Assembly (NCBI GenBank): GCA_047495785.1
Contig: JBLDXI010000029.1
Location: 558,001-622,000 of the forward strand
Source: Lepidodermella squamata
Lineage: Eukaryota > Animalia > Gastrotricha
DNA: 64,000 nt
Direction of reading: 5' to 3'
Below, piece by piece: positions 12,501-27,000 of this stretch (position 1 is the stretch's first letter; each line of letters begins with the position of its first letter). The translations under genes were made by a program, and so were the position numbers. A model generated the notes under the pieces. The model had not been told where the DNA came from. It saw only the letters and a program-made list of their open reading frames with translations, and did not search any database.

Positions 12501-14372
12501 TTTCGGTTTAATCTCTAATCAGCAGCTTTAAGGTAGCAGTGGCGTTAGAACTACGCTCGAAATTTCATTTTTGAATGTCAAATCAAGTTTTTTACGATAA
12601 AGGGAATGATCACTTTCTGGGTTTGGTACAACTTTTGGCCCAATTCAATCTGATTATGGCCGATCACCCGAGCAGAGTTTTGAAAGCCAATTAGGCGGCT
12701 CACTGCCTTGGGAAAGATATTCAAAACGAGTTGATAGAAATTCTCGCTGATGCTATCGTCGAGATGGTTATGGAACGTGTGAATGAAGAGAAGCATCGCC
12801 GCCTATCCATTGAGCTGATTAAGCCGAAGTCTGGGAAGGTTTGGCGAGACCACAAAAGCCAGGCTAAAGCTAGATATTCCCCTGTTCCCCCCGGTAATCT
12901 CAGGCCAAGCCCTATGAAAGGTTTTAGCAAAGTTTTCCCTGTCCACTTCAGAACGAGGAGGGACGGCCCTTTTCTTGGCCGAACTGAAGACTTCTGCACA
13001 TCTCAAATCTAGGGTAACACGGAAGTCCCCATGACACGGGCGCCCGATACACCAAAGCTTTCGAAATATCTACGCAAAAAGAACTAAAAGATGGCGCGAA
13101 GACCGCCTGCTGACCTTGATGGAGCAGCGCATTATTGCTAAATATGCCGCTCGCGAAGTGCGCGAAGAAAGGTTTCTTTCGTGTCTCGAGCAATTGGTTC
13201 GCAAGTCGAGCAGCGAAATACTGAGTACCTACTGAGCTACTGAGCTACTTAGCTACTTAGCTACTGAGTACCGTTCACCAAGCGAGGAACTTGATACCAC
13301 CTTCCAAGAAAGCACTTTTGGTGTTCGTTATGCAACAACGACGACACGCCAGCGATATTTAGATACTTGCAGTGGCATACTCGTTTGCTTACTGGTGGCG
13401 AAGGCAGCGGTGCGGCGGGGACCGCTCTTGCCTACAGGCTCGAAGCAGAAGGTCCCATTACATACTCGGGGGCTTCCCGGGACAGGGTGAATCAATTGAC
13501 TGACTTCCTGATTGAACGAGGGGTGCTTCCATGCAGGACTTTGCAGATACATTTACGAAAAGCGAAAATGATCTTACACGTCTGAAGGACGCTTCCGCAA
13601 ACCTCGAACGTCGGAGGGCAGTGGTGTTGGCAAACTTAAACATGAGCTATACATGAACCATTCGACCACTACTACTACTGAAGCGCAAATTAACACAATA
13701 AAAACACAAAATTACCGGAATTTGGTAGGAACGGCATGAGCGCCCTGAGATCGTTTAATCGATTTATTCTTCAACTGATGCCCTTCATCGGCAACCACGT
13801 AGTCCCACGTGAATTCGTCACCGTAACCGTCACGCCCCAGGCGTTCGCCCTCGCGGCCTACGAGGTCGTAAGTCGTCACGAGAACGCCGCCGCGGTCTTG
13901 AATCCGCTCGAGCGCCTTCTCACGCGCCCGCTTTTCGCCGTGGAATGTCGCGACATTCGTGCGAGGGCTGAAAGTTTTAAACGACTCAATCCACACGTTG
14001 ATAACCGACATGGGCGCGATGATCAGCGCACACCGGATCAGTTTACACTCGAGCATGCCGCTGAGAAATGAGATCATTTGCACGGTTTTACCTAAACCCA
14101 TGTCATCACCTAAAATTATTAAAAATTATTTTATATTTTTCGACTCCGATTTTTTCCAGGATCCAACACAAACCAAGAATTCCGCCCTTTCCGCGTTCGT
14201 ATAAACTGAACAGCCATCGGACGCCTTCTTTCTGGTAATCATACAGCTTGTTGAAGAGATCTTCGGGAATCGCCAAATTTTTGCCGCGTTTACCCTGCGC
14301 GATTTCAACGAGTTTAACGCTTTTACTCAGCGAAAGCTTCGCAAAGCCATTTAAATAATCTTCATCTGCCAT
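6532..14372 (-). CDS. ERCC6L: ERCC6-like/PICH SNF2 DNA translocase, 6 exons (14372-14174, 14109-13716, 12390-11414, 8689-7988, 7935-7483, about 7427-6532)
   Basis: [12 protein letters not shown]...[85 protein letters not shown], and PICH-type [11 protein letters not shown] and DHDLLF. All junctions are in phase. The last acceptor is ambiguous (exon start 7427 or 7454). Confidence 0.9.
9253..9813 (+). mobile_element. Degenerate Mutator-like (MULE) transposase fragment in ERCC6L intron 3
   Basis: ORFs 9253-9546 and 9592-9813 share a frame broken by one [21 protein letters not shown]...[22 protein letters not shown]...VAFL...ITDCLGAFK matches the MULE first-Asp D-x-T-Y region. No TIRs found. 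Confidence 0.7.
10710..11221 (+). mobile_element. 3' remnant of a CR1/L2-type LINE with a microsatellite tail
   Basis: [11 protein letters not shown] and [20 protein letters not shown] resemble the CR1/L2 ORF2 C-terminus (FF..RV...WN.LP..VV). AATAAA at 11199-11204 is followed by an (AATCAG)3 tail to 11221. Confidence 0.6.
12731..13680 (+). mobile_element. Possible decayed non-LTR retrotransposon fragment in ERCC6L intron 2
   Basis: Broken coding-like ORFs. [21 protein letters not shown] loosely resembles the APE endonuclease T(Y/F)..IDYI motif, and the stretch ends in (ACT)n. Weak similarity only. Confidence 0.3.
13219..13272. repeat. Short 8-nt tandem repeat CTACT(G/T)AG, about 6 copies
   Basis: tactgagtacctactgagctactgagctacttagctacttagctactgagtacc read directly from the sequence. 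Confidence 0.85.
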
Positions 14373-15037
14373 TCGACTCGTGTAACAAAAAGCTATAAAA
14401 AATAAATTACCTCGTGATTTCAAACATTTTACTCACTTTAATTTTTTATCGAAGACAAGACTGAAAAATGACTTCATATCGATGTTATTTCACCGTTTTT
14501 ACAGCACGTCAATAAACAATAATTAATGATATTAAATTATATTAAGCGTGATGATTCTTCGTTTCTGTGTTATTGCGCGAGATAAAGCACATCAAAATTG
14601 AGTAGTCGTAGTAGTAGTAGCAAATTTCAAGAAGAACAAGATCTGTGGCTGTGATGGCAAAATTGCTCGTATAAAGCTTTCAGCAAACTCAAAATAAGCG
14701 AACTCAAAAAAGGAAGAGGGAGAGAAAACAAAAGAGATTGGCGCCTCACGTCAATTTCAACGGTAAAAACAAAATTTAGACGCGAAAGTTTTTCAAATCT
14801 AGAAAATCCCAAAATATGAGCAATTACTCAACGAAATTCCCCCCTTAAGAATTTGTCATTTCTCAAAATTTCCTCCTAATTCGGGATTTTATCGCAGCTT
14901 TCAGCGTCAATTTTGTTTGCATTCACACACAAATTGCTATATCATGATTTTTTCGAATAAATTAGCTAGAACAATAAGTGCATCAAAAATTGAGTAGGCA
15001 GGCAACATTTCGGAGACATGATGACACAAGCACCTAA

Positions 15038-18000
15038 TCAGACACTGTAATTGGCAGCGCTAGGCGCCGGCGAAGTGCTAGGCACGTGTTGCAGGCAGGC
15101 CGCGTTCGCAATCAACGCGTTGAGCTGTTCGCGAATCTGCGCGTACAACCGCTCGAGTTCACGCTGGTAGTCCTTCTGGTCCTCGGTGATCAGCGTTCGA
15201 TTGCGGTGAACGGCCTCGCCGCATCGGCGCAGGAATTGCTTGAAGGCGATGCGCAGTTTGTGGTGGAAATGCGTCGGCACGACTAGACCGTGTTGGCAAG
15301 GCATCAAAAACACGTTGGCCACCTCGACTGGGCCCTGATTCACCGCAGGTGAGATACAACCCTGCAAAAATAATTACGAAAATTATACTCAAAATAGCCA
15401 TAAAATTAAGATTTAATCCTTTCAAATTTCAAGATTTCAAGATTTCAAGGTTGAAAATTGAAATTTTTTGACCCGGCCCACTTAATATCGTTATTTATTG
15501 GATTATCGATTCAAAAGCAAGTGCGTTGACCGGCACTTGAAATTTATTTTCTTGACATTTATAGAATTTTGTTCTCACCTGTAAAATCATCTGCAGCATC
15601 TTGGCGTCGATGGGAATTTGGTTGAGAGCGGCGACTAATTGCGCCGTTTTGCGCTGCACATCTTCGATGGCCACTTCAATCGGGGACAGCACGATTTCTT
15701 GCTTCGCGATGACCGTCACGCGCGTCTTCAGGTACGGCAGCGCGTTCGCCACCGTCAGAATCGTTCGCCGCTTGTACTGCTCGTGCAGCGCGCCGTGCGC
15801 CCGGCCACTCACCGTGAACGGCGTTGTGAAGCTAAATCGCCCTTAAAATCATACATATCAATTATTTCAACCTGCAATGATTCGATTGGCAAAAAGAATA
15901 TAATCTCGGTTATTCTCGCTATCAAGTGAAATCGACAATACAAAAAATAATCCTTGAGTATAGCGCCAAATTTAAAATAAGATTATACTACCTTTCCTCA
16001 AAATGTTAGCTATCATGAAAAAATTTAAGAATTTCTACCGAAATTAGGAGACATTACTAATGGAATTATAACCAGGCATTGAATAGAAAAAATACCACTA
16101 AGAGCAAAAATATTCAAACGAATTTATACTAATTGATTATATAAAAAACTAAAAAATAAAAATGATGAGAAAAACGTGAAATTAATTCAAATTTATATTC
16201 CATTTTCAACAAATTTTAAAATCTCGAAAATTTTAAAAAATGCTATTTTTCACTTGATAACGGTCAATTATGATTATAATTAGCGAATAAAACGTACTCA
16301 TTCCATAATTGCGTTCGAATTCGGTCACGCGCATCATTTGATCGAAAGCGTCAAAATACGGCTCGACATAAGTGACCTGAATGTAGGCCTGGCGAAAATT
16401 GTACACGTAAATTTAATTGATCAGCAAAAATCGATATTTGTTACCTTGCTCGAGTCGAGTTTGCTCCTATTGACTGTGTTCGAGTCTTTGATAATCTCAA
16501 CAAAGCCGCGCCCGAAACGCGCCTCGTGAAGCGCCTGCGCATAAAACACATAGACAAACACAGGTAAATAAATACGTTATATTAATTTGTCATCTATTAC
16601 ACGCTCATTTAGCCCGTCGCCGAAAAACACACGTGTTTATTGTACGTGCCCGCTGGCCGTCGAGCGCGTCCCGAGTCGCAAAAGTCTATTGACTATTGAC
16701 TCGTGGGCGCAAGCAAGTAAAACACTCATCCACGTTGCTATTTTTGCCTTTATATGGCTATTATCTTGCATCCAAAAGCTATGCACCGCGCCTCTTCTCC
16801 ATTTCTGTTGAATTTTGTTGCACCAGCCAACAAAACAAAGGAGAGAGACAGCGGTCGGCCGCTTTAATAGAAATTCAATACCAACGCAGCGCATATTAAT
16901 GAATTTTTAAAAGAAACCCTATTTTCGTTGATATAGCTTCACCCCAGGGTACAACAGGCCATACCCGTCAGTCTAATACAATATATTAGAGGCACAAAAT
17001 CTAATTACAACCGAGATTTTCGCTCTATGAATATCGATAGATTTACTTTATCTATATAATTGTTGTAAAAATTACGAAAATCACGGAATATTTTCAGCAT
17101 CCAACTATTCGTTATGAATTCGTGACCGTGTCCGAATGTCGCCGTTGTGAAAAATGATGACACTTTTCGTCATCGCGCTAGCCGCTTCGAACCTACCGAC
17201 TTGCAGTCAATCGTCGCGATTTTTCGAGCCCAAAACCGGCGTGTTATTGCGAGCTAAAGCGGCGCAGCAGACGCAACAACGCGAGCCGTTCCCCGTCAGT
17301 GGCGACGAAACGACGTCGGCAAATGTCGGCGATCAAATCAAGCGAATTCAACGCTATGTTGAGGCGTTAGTGAAAGAGCTGTCTGGCCTAGAGGCGAAAC
17401 ACGTGGCTGTACAGAGGCGGCAGGCGAATACTACGCGGTCTTTAGATCAAATCGTTATGACTATCGACAAGCTCAACAAACAATTATCGGCTATAAAGGT
17501 GCAAACCGGCGAAAATTCAGAAACCAAACGGTAAGCAAGTAGTTCGCATATCCAATTGAAAATAGCAAAATAAGAATTTTCCAGGGTTTAGATAAATTCT
17601 GTAAAAAAAATTATTTATTTCTCGATTTTGATATTTTCGATTGTTTGAATAATAAAATAAAAATTTAATTCAGAAAATAGGGCAAATATTTGAATTCTTA
17701 TTGCCATTTTAGACTACGGCGTGATTTGAAGAGCCTTCGGAATAAGACTCACGAACGCATTCAGCACCTGAAAACTAAGCTGTGGGCCCTAGTCAACGAG
17801 CTGACCTCATTCGTCAACGAAAGCAATTACAACACTACCAAAATATTCAAGTAATACTTGATCTGAATATCGCTGACTTTTCCTAGAGTCAATTTTCTCG
17901 AATTTAGGCTGACTTTCAAGCGGATAAATGAGAACAAACGCGCGATAGCCAATTTGAAAAATTACACGCGCATGTTTGTGAAAGATATCGTCAAGAAAAA

Positions 18001-21000
18001 GCTCAACAAATTCAAGGAGAAGCTTGACAAATTTATCGCTAAAAAGGTGCAAGAGCAAGTTAAAAATCAAACAGCGACGGTGTCAAAACGGCTTATGAAT
18101 CGAGCAGCAGGTAAGCAATAGAGATAATCAATTGACAGTTCTTTCGATAATTCTTTCTTAATTTTAGACGGGTGTTGGGAGACGAGTTGTTACTATTTTA
18201 GAGAAATTTGGTCAACTTGGCCGGAAGCGAAAAGCTTCTGTCAACGGATTAGCGGCGATTTGGCTTCATTTGAAACAAAAGAAGAAGAGTTGCAAGTCAT
18301 GCAATTAACACCAGAATGTAAGTTTATTATCATTTCCTCGGAAAACACATTTCATTTAAAAAAAAAATTAATTTCCACAAAATGCTAAAAAATAACTGAA
18401 AATTCATATTGTTTGGTTTCGAAATTTTTAGGGGCAAAAGTCAATGAGACTTTTACGCACTCATTTTGGTTGGATGGATCGAGCCCTGACACGGAGAGGT
18501 GGCATTGGGCTAAAAGCGGCCACCCATTCAACCACACGAATTGGCTCGAGGGCCAGCCTAACCTGCAACGGCCAGGCACGCCGCAAAGCGAGATGGAACT
18601 ATGCCTGAAAACGTGTTTTTCAACGACGGGCGACAACGGCTGGTGCAACGGCAACTGTTTCGAGCGCAACGCTTACATTTGCGAAGTTTAAAGCAATAGA
18701 AAAATCATAGAAAAAATCCCGAATTCTCATACTCATTTTATTCGTTCGTCGACAACCTCCTTTTTATTCGTAGAATTTCACGTTTGAAAAATATGGAAAA
18801 TTTAAAGATAATTTGTCCTGTTGTCCCATTGTACGAAAATATGACTTCATTATGATATTGCAATGAAACTAGCGCAAGATGTTTTTTCTAGAAATTTACG
18901 AAATAAAAATCAAATGATTGAAAGTTTACCTGAAGTCGTTGTGCGATTTCCGCTAGTTTTGTGATGGCCGGTTCGCGGTAGATGAACTCTTCTTGGTCCA
19001 GTTCGCCGAATAAACTGCCGTAGAAACCGACTCGGAAATACGTGGCAAACAAACGGCGTCCCTCCTAATAGGAAAAATAGACCAAGAATAAAACTTTTGA
19101 AATGAGGATTATACATATCCTGTAACTGGTGAATAACTGGCGAATTTTGAGGTTTTGAATGGAAATTTCAGATTGGAATTTGACATTTTTCGAACGGCTG
19201 TTCGATCAGAATCTATCGAGAAATGTTCCAACGTTCTCGATTAAAAAATTGACACACTAATTTATCACATGGCTATAAGTCAACTTCGATTTTGTTCATC
19301 ACCGCGTTTCATTTGACAATGTCAAAAATAGAGATGCAAAACTGAACTTCGAACTTCTTTCCATCGAGAACTCAATTTTTATCTATTTTTCAGAAAACGA
19401 GCTATGCCGTTGTCGGCCCAGACTCCTAGATTTCAAAGCGGCCTTTGATTGCATTTGGCATGACAGCCTGCGATTTATACCATTTCTACAAATCGTATTG
19501 TGAATAGGACACGCGGAGGACGTTCCTCGTGAAGAAACTTCCGACTAAAAACGAAAAAATTGACGAAATTTACAATGCGAGTCTGGGTAAAGTTGAAGAA
19601 TCAGGTGATGTTTTTCAACCGGAAATCAGTACATCTCATCCTCGAGTCGCAAATACCTATGACACCATTCGTAGGTAAATCGCGATACACATCGAGGAAA
19701 ATCCTACCCAATTTCAGCACTGCCAAGCTCTATGTGATGCTGTTGATATCGTAAGCTTTTTATGCCCGGTAATCGTCAAAAACTATTAATAACGCTTGAT
19801 AATAGCTGCGGACGAAGCTTTGCTGTCGATTCATCGTCGTGTTAGGTCCGTCGCTGAATTGCCGAATTACCTGAAGCGGAAAGGCGCATTCGGAGGCGAT
19901 GAATCGCTGTTGGCTCTATCTAGATTGAAACCTGGCGTGAAGATTGTTGTTTTCACCAAAACCTCGGAGACTCCCATAGCTCTGGGTGCTGGAAATAAGC
20001 TCCACTACCTGGCAATGTACGCTTCCGGCCATTTCAATTACCTCACTTGGATCAAACCGAAGCCGAATTTCGGTTACAGATGAATTTATAGCTGAGAAAT
20101 CCGACGAGTTGGGCCGAAAAATGGATTTGCTTTCCCTGATTTCGCAGCAAGAGTCTGGCTCGAAGGTTGGAGTCGATAAACACGGGCATTTGTCGAAAGA
20201 GCCGTGGCATTTTCAACTTCGCCCGGGCGATTCTCGGCTCAAATTTCATAAAACATGCGAGGTCGTTGACCGAATCAAATTTTAATTATGATAAAGGATG
20301 CCTCTTCTCAACCTTCGGTGAATGAACCTACGAATCGGGTGAGATTTCAGGAACATAACATCGGTCAGTGCAGGCGAAGAGCTGCCACGTTCTCTGACTT
20401 GGAAACGACCTTGAAAAAGCGCTCCGTCCCAGGAGCAACCATAGCCTTGAACTTGCCGTTGAAAGGAAAAAGCTTGGAGGAATAGTAACAACCTGGCCAA
20501 GAAATAGTGGGAATTGGACGTCAATGGCTCGAAGTTTCTTCGGCAAGTGTTCGACGCCATCCTCGATATCGATTCGCGCCGTATCCTTCGACTGTACAAA
20601 AAGTTCAACCCGATGAACATTCGCAAGATTCTGTCGAACAATAATTCATTGAAAATGAGCGTTGCTCGAGCGGCCGAAGTTCTCAGCGAATCTACGGCTC
20701 AACCTGTGGCATAGAATTCGAACCCGGTCACCCGCTCTACCAACACGCGCAAGCCATGGTGATCAGCAAAATTAACTAGTGGTTTGACGTTTTGAACGTA
20801 AATTCTTGATACGGCTTCCTCGGCAAGCGAAACAACAACCTCGCCCCGTTTTGAAGCGTCAACGACCCGCGATTGGCCTGGCTTCGCGATTTCTGCACCT
20901 GGCTTCGTGACCTCCAGGGTGCTCAGAAGAACCCTGAAACAAGCTCTCAACGCAAACTTTCGACGGCATTCTAACCTCAACCGAATACGTATTGACTGCT

Positions 21001-24000
21001 CGCTTCAACAGCGACCCTCTCGAGCAGCTTTTCAGCTAAGTTTGATGTGGCTTAGGCGGAGCTCGTCGCCCTACTATGGCTCGCCTTCTTCAACGGATTG
21101 TTGTCTGCGCTACGTTGGATCAAATTTCGGCATTTCGAAAGGCGCGAATGTGCAACGACACAAAATCAAGAGCCTCAAAATCCATCTCTATTACTCCAAG
21201 GGAAAAAGTGAAAGAGGCGAGAGCAAAGTGAAAAATAAAACTGATGTCTGATATGGATTAATTACACTTGATAATTTAAATTTCGATTTCCCATTCCAAC
21301 TTCCCACAGAAAGAGGGTTCACAGTCCTAAAACTTCCCACTTTTACAGTCTGTATTACTGTTCACAGCCTGGTGGCACAGTCTTTGTCTGACACAGAAGA
21401 CACAGAATTTAAGCCGCTTCGCAAGTCTGAATCGAAGTGGATTTACACCGATCGGAGTCTATTTCGGAGGTTTACAGTACTGTACTGGTAAATTTTTTCT
21501 TTTACACATCTTAGCTTTCTTCAACTATAAATGTAATTCCACGAATCGATCCAAAGGTGGAAAACCTTTAGAGACTCTACGAGTCACATAAAAAACGTAA
21601 CTAAAATTGAAAAGTGGACTCACAAGCTTGACGATTTGATTGCAGCAATCTGACATTCGCGTGTGGATATGCGCCAGCTTTTTGTAGTCCCGATAATGCT
21701 CGTAGACGCGGCTCAAAATCGCGTACAACTCGTAGGCAATCTCAAAATTGCTACCCATAATCAACGTATTGACAGCGTGCTCCATCAACCCGCATAAGCC
21801 GGACTCGGAGAAATACTTCGCCGTACAAACACCGTCCTCTTGCGGCGAGACCAAATCGTCAGAAATCGCCGACTCATCCTCGACCACATTTTGCGCGATT
21901 TTTTCGAAAGCAGCCGCCCCGCGTGGCAGATGAAGCCGGTCTTCGATGAGGTTGAGATACTCTGAAACTAAAGCAGCCGCATGGATTAGACACTGAGCGG
22001 CCTCGGATTGATTGCCGAGACTGCTGTGCTTCGCCGCCATATTTTGCAGCCAAATCAGCCGTAAATCCGGCGAGTTTCGATAGCCCTTCGCTATTCGATA
22101 CATTAAATCGAGAACTGTCTCAAAATCATCCCCAGCCGCTGTCAATTTCAGGGTGTCGCATAACACCGAGTGTAAATTAACCACCAAATTGTGAACCTGC
22201 TCCGGAAACGAAACACCCGCCATTTCTTCGTCAGAATCTGCATAGGCCAGCAGGGTTCGAAGTGACACGCTCAAATGATCGAGATTCGCCGCGGCCGATG
22301 ACACCTGGCCAGCCAAGGCACTCAACCCGGTTGTTAGCTGCATTTTCACCCTGGGCAACCCGCAATTCCTTAAAAACGCGACTCGCATCAACTGGTAGAC
22401 AGTCGCAGTCGCGTGAAGTCGGACTGATTTCATCTGCGAGCCGCATAGCCGTAAAATCCGCAGACACATATCACCCGTTTGTTCGGTTTCTTGCTCGAAA
22501 AACAGTTCCGGAAATTTGACGACCAGCGACCGAATTATGCATAGCAACCGGCACGTAGCCGGGGTTGATTGGTTTAGACTTATCGCATGGCTGGCTACGT
22601 GGAGAATCGACGGCAGAACGCCGCGTAGAATCGCGTTTGAATCAACGACTTGAATAATGATTTCCAACGTGTCGCAGGCAACCATCGCGACTTCAGTCGA
22701 CAAATGCGTGTCGATCGTGTAGGAATTGACGGATCTCAACGAGGGCGATAACACATTTGCTTTGCCGCCGGTGCTTTTTCGCTTGCTGTCTAGTGGTAGG
22801 GTTGAGGCGTCGAATGACATGGTCTTCCTGCGTAATGGCGACCAGTGTTTGACCAAGGAGCCGAGGGAAGACTGTGTCATGGCAGTGGGCACGCTCAGCC
22901 AACTTGTTTCGTCGCTCGGATTGCCTTGGTGGGTCAGCGAAACGTCCTGTTCGCCGACATCGTCGCTGAATAGCTTGTGTTCGAAGGTGTTTAGACACAG
23001 CTTGAGCAAGGCCAGTATGTGGTTGATGCGGACTGGGCCCTGTTCGCCGAAATATTTAGCGAGATCAATTTCAAAGCTGTTGCGTAGTAGCCAAATTGTT
23101 GAAAACAGCAGTTGCCGTGTTGCTTCAGGCGAGAACTTCATTTCCTAAAATAAAACAAAGCATTATAATGATCGTAATTCATTGTTAGAAACTTTCAAAT
23201 AGTTCTAAAAAATTCGAGACCTCTATTATTATAGATTGCAGAATAGACAATTCCCAACGTTTTCTCAAGGCGCTGTTCATGCCCTCTCGACTATTTCTTT
23301 CAAAAATGTATCGTTTCTATTCGGATTCGACGGCGTTCAAATTTACAATTATACCAGTAGCAGATTCTGGGTTGTAGTCCTTGCTGTTACGGTTACGTTT
23401 ACCATCTGTATCTGGTGTCACCGCACTGATCACAAATCCGTCGCCTGCCGTCACGCAAAAGCTTGCGATTACTGTGGTCGCCTGAATCACTTGCTGCCGG
23501 CCTGCATAGACCTGCGCCGAGACATCGAGCGGACATTACCGTTCGTGATGGATTCGACACCTCCTTTTTAAACTAAAAAGTCCGACGCGCCGACCGCCGC
23601 CGAGGGCTAGGAAGAGCAAGCCGAAGAATCGAAACAAGGTCAAAACGACCCAATCGATACCTCAAACAAATTTAAAGCTTTGAACTCGCACGGTGATGAC
23701 AAAGAGCCGAAAATCGCTAACCAGCCTAAGCAGCGGCGAGTTCGGAAACCTAAAGAGCGCAAGAACTCGGACTCGTATTCAGAAGACGAAGACCGGGACG
23801 AGTCAACTTTGAGTGCTTACCACAATTGCTCAATTCACAAATTTTTCAACCCAAAAATAACAAATTGAAAAAAAAAGAATTTATTTCGCAATCTAAACGA
23901 TCTTGATTATTAAGATCGAACTGCCGAGTTTATGTATAGGACAATATGTGAAACCAAAGAAAATTAGAAGAGTTGAGGAGCGCCATAGCGCAGGCCCCGC

Positions 24001-27000
24001 GGACGCCCTCTCCATACGGCTGGGAGCCAAATCGTCTCGCCAAATGGCGCCTGAAGAGTTTCAAGCTCAGCTGCAAGCAAGCCTCGAAAATTTTCTAATT
24101 GCAAAACCGGCTTGGCTGAATGGACCAATTTCAGGCCTCATTGAGCTACTCCTACAAGCTACAGGCTGCCCTATCAGTAATCTCAAGCGATGTCAGCAAT
24201 ACTTAAAAGGTTCGAATCCAGGGCTTATATTTCAAAATCAGTCATACTCCCAAAGCTACTATCGATTTTCAAAATACCGATCAAGATTTACGATAAAAAA
24301 GCACATCTGAGTGAATGAATCAATCTGGCTCAAAATTCAATGACTGATTTTTTTCACGGCGCGTCACCCAAGCAGCAGCTCGAGCAACGCTCAAGACCAT
24401 CGTTGCGAAAAAATCATTCAAATGCACGGCCAGTCGATTTCTTGTTTGCATGCGCCGTCGCTACATATTACACTACCTAGATATTTAAACACCGTTACTG
24501 TTTCTTATTGTTCACCATTCTCGTCATTTTAAATTATAAATTACAGCATTTTTGGAAAGATCATCTTCATCATTCGTATGGCGCTGATTGGATGAAGGAG
24601 CTTAAAATATCTCAGGCTAACCGATAAGATCAAATTAAGAATATAGCTTTCAGACCAGTAAATCTTTCAGCGCAAATAAAAGTTTATTTAATTTGAAAAG
24701 CTGCGCTATTTCTTCAACTTGTGGTCACTACTAGTATTTAAAAATTTAAATTTTTGTTTACAAACCTTCAATTTAGCATCGACTTCTTCCGACATGCCAG
24801 CGCGGCCGTCGTTCTCCTGCGGAAATTTCACCGCCGAGTTCTGCGTCCTGGCCAAAAACAGCGCCGGCCCCATCGCATCGGCGATAACCGACACCAGCGG
24901 GAAGTACAAATTCGCAATCCGCGCGCGGCACTCGCGATCCATCGAATACCGCCCGTCGCCATCGTGCGAGCTGAACAGCGTCCTTAGCAACATCGCCGCC
25001 TTCATCTGCAACCGCCCATCGCCGACATCAAGCGTGAGAGCCAAATCGCTATAGATCAGCCCAATCAAAAAGTGATACCGGCGATAGTCGTAGCTAAGCG
25101 CAGGCGGGCCACTCATCGTCAAATTGCCTAAATTAGCCGAGCAAAGCGACGAATCAGTCGAAGGCGATGGACTCGGGGCAGTAACTACGACGGCATTAGT
25201 CGGCAAATTCAACTGAATGAAGTGCTCGTGACTCGCCCAAATTCGGAAAGCGTCCATCCGCAGGCCCATCAACGTCGCGCCGTCCTGATTCGACAGCTCA
25301 GCCGATTGAAGTCGGGTCGTCAGAGTTTGGACATAGGCTCGAATCAACTGAAAAACGAAGCCGCGGTCTAAAATCGAGAAGAGGTCTTGCAGGAAGAACG
25401 CGAGATAGACATTGAGCCGTCGAATGATTTCCGCCTCTTGACCGACCTGGTGGATAATGTCCTGAATCAGGCCATTCACCAGAGTCGTCAAATCCTCGAG
25501 AAAATCGGGTGAACATCTCATTTTTCTCGGTAAATCAAGCCGCTGTTCCGAGGCTAGACATTCAACTAGGTCTTTTAGGATGATTTCGAATAGCAACCAT
25601 GCGCCCTGTAGGGTGTAAGGCCGGGTCGTTTTGTCGCAAACCATCCATAAATACACCAGTTCTTGATGTACATTTCGCCGGTTATTCGACCCCGAAGCTT
25701 GGAACTGGTTTCTCGAGGAAATTGACGAAACTTCACGGTCGGCTAGGTCACTTTCAGAGCTCGGGTTCGACGAGTTCAAATACGACTGGCGGCGCATTGT
25801 CGGTTGGGTCGCCGGGCCTTTCGAGCCGCTGCCGTAGCTCGAAATCGGGAAGTAATGAACCAGTTGCAAAATCGTTTTATTCCGATCTAAATTGTCGTTC
25901 AGATTCGGAAGTGAGTTCGAGAGATTCGCAGCTAGTTCGCAGAGTGTCCTCAGACATGTCGGGCCTATATTGAGAATCTGGCCGCGATGTAGCGGTGGAT
26001 TGGTGATGAGTTTCAACAGTCGAGTGAATACGACTGGCATGAACTGAACAAGGCGGAGAGGGTCGGCTTTTGCGAGATTCAGCACGCATTGAACGAGCTG
26101 GTTGTCGGTAACGGCCGGTTGAGATGACCCGGTCGTGACCAGGAACGACAAAATCGCATCGTCCTGAAAAGCAAAAAGAAACGTTAAAATATGTTACACG
26201 GCCTCGGAATTGCGTGGACACTTGGAAAGTCGACGAAATACTTTCCCGTGGTTGGAATTTGAAATGATGTTGCACTTGTTCTTTTCCAACTGAGCTTAGC
26301 GAAAATCGCAGTCAGATTAGATCGCGTGCTTGACCGAGAATTACGGTAATTTCCAAGAGCAGTTCAACAGATTAATCAATTTTCGACTCAGTTGGATTCA
26401 AAAATTTCGAAAATTCATTCTTGAGAACATTAATTAAAAACCGATTTCCAAAACCTAAAACTTATTGAAAACATAAAAATTTCTTTTATTTTATTTTCAC
26501 CTTCCCATATTTGGTTTAGGATTCAATTTTTCAATCCTTCAAGGATAATAGCAAAGAGGGAATATTACTTCAATTTTTCCAATTTAATAAAATATTTCCC
26601 AAGAATCCATTGAGAAAAATGATCAACCAGTGAGAACTAAACCGAAGGAACTTTTATGGATTTCATTTTTTTCGTTATTTTTGGATCAGTTTCCGATTTT
26701 TCACATCAAATTTGCTAATTTGACGGATTTTTCAAAGACGGAAATTACCGTAAACTTTGCTCACTCAGTTCTAAAGCGAGTTTTTGAAACTAACCTGAGG
26801 ATAGATAGTCGAGACCGGTTTCAGCGAAATCGAAAACAGCGGCTTTTTGTTATCGACCCATCGCATTTGATGCAACAACGGCGCCGTATTTGCCCCGCCA
26901 CCCGTTACCGACCCAGGCAACGTACCCGACTGGCCGAATTGCGGCGAAACCAGAGACGACAGAGGTACCAGGCTGTAGCCAGCCGGCGGGTGGTCGATAC

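Noticed and set aside
5206-13214. 15-nt match cgcaagtcgagcagc at 5206 and 13200
   Set aside because: A match of this length is expected by chance in 64 kb.
13219-13272. Repeat considered as a CRISPR-like array
   Set aside because: 8-nt units with no spacers in eukaryotic intronic DNA; a simple minisatellite.
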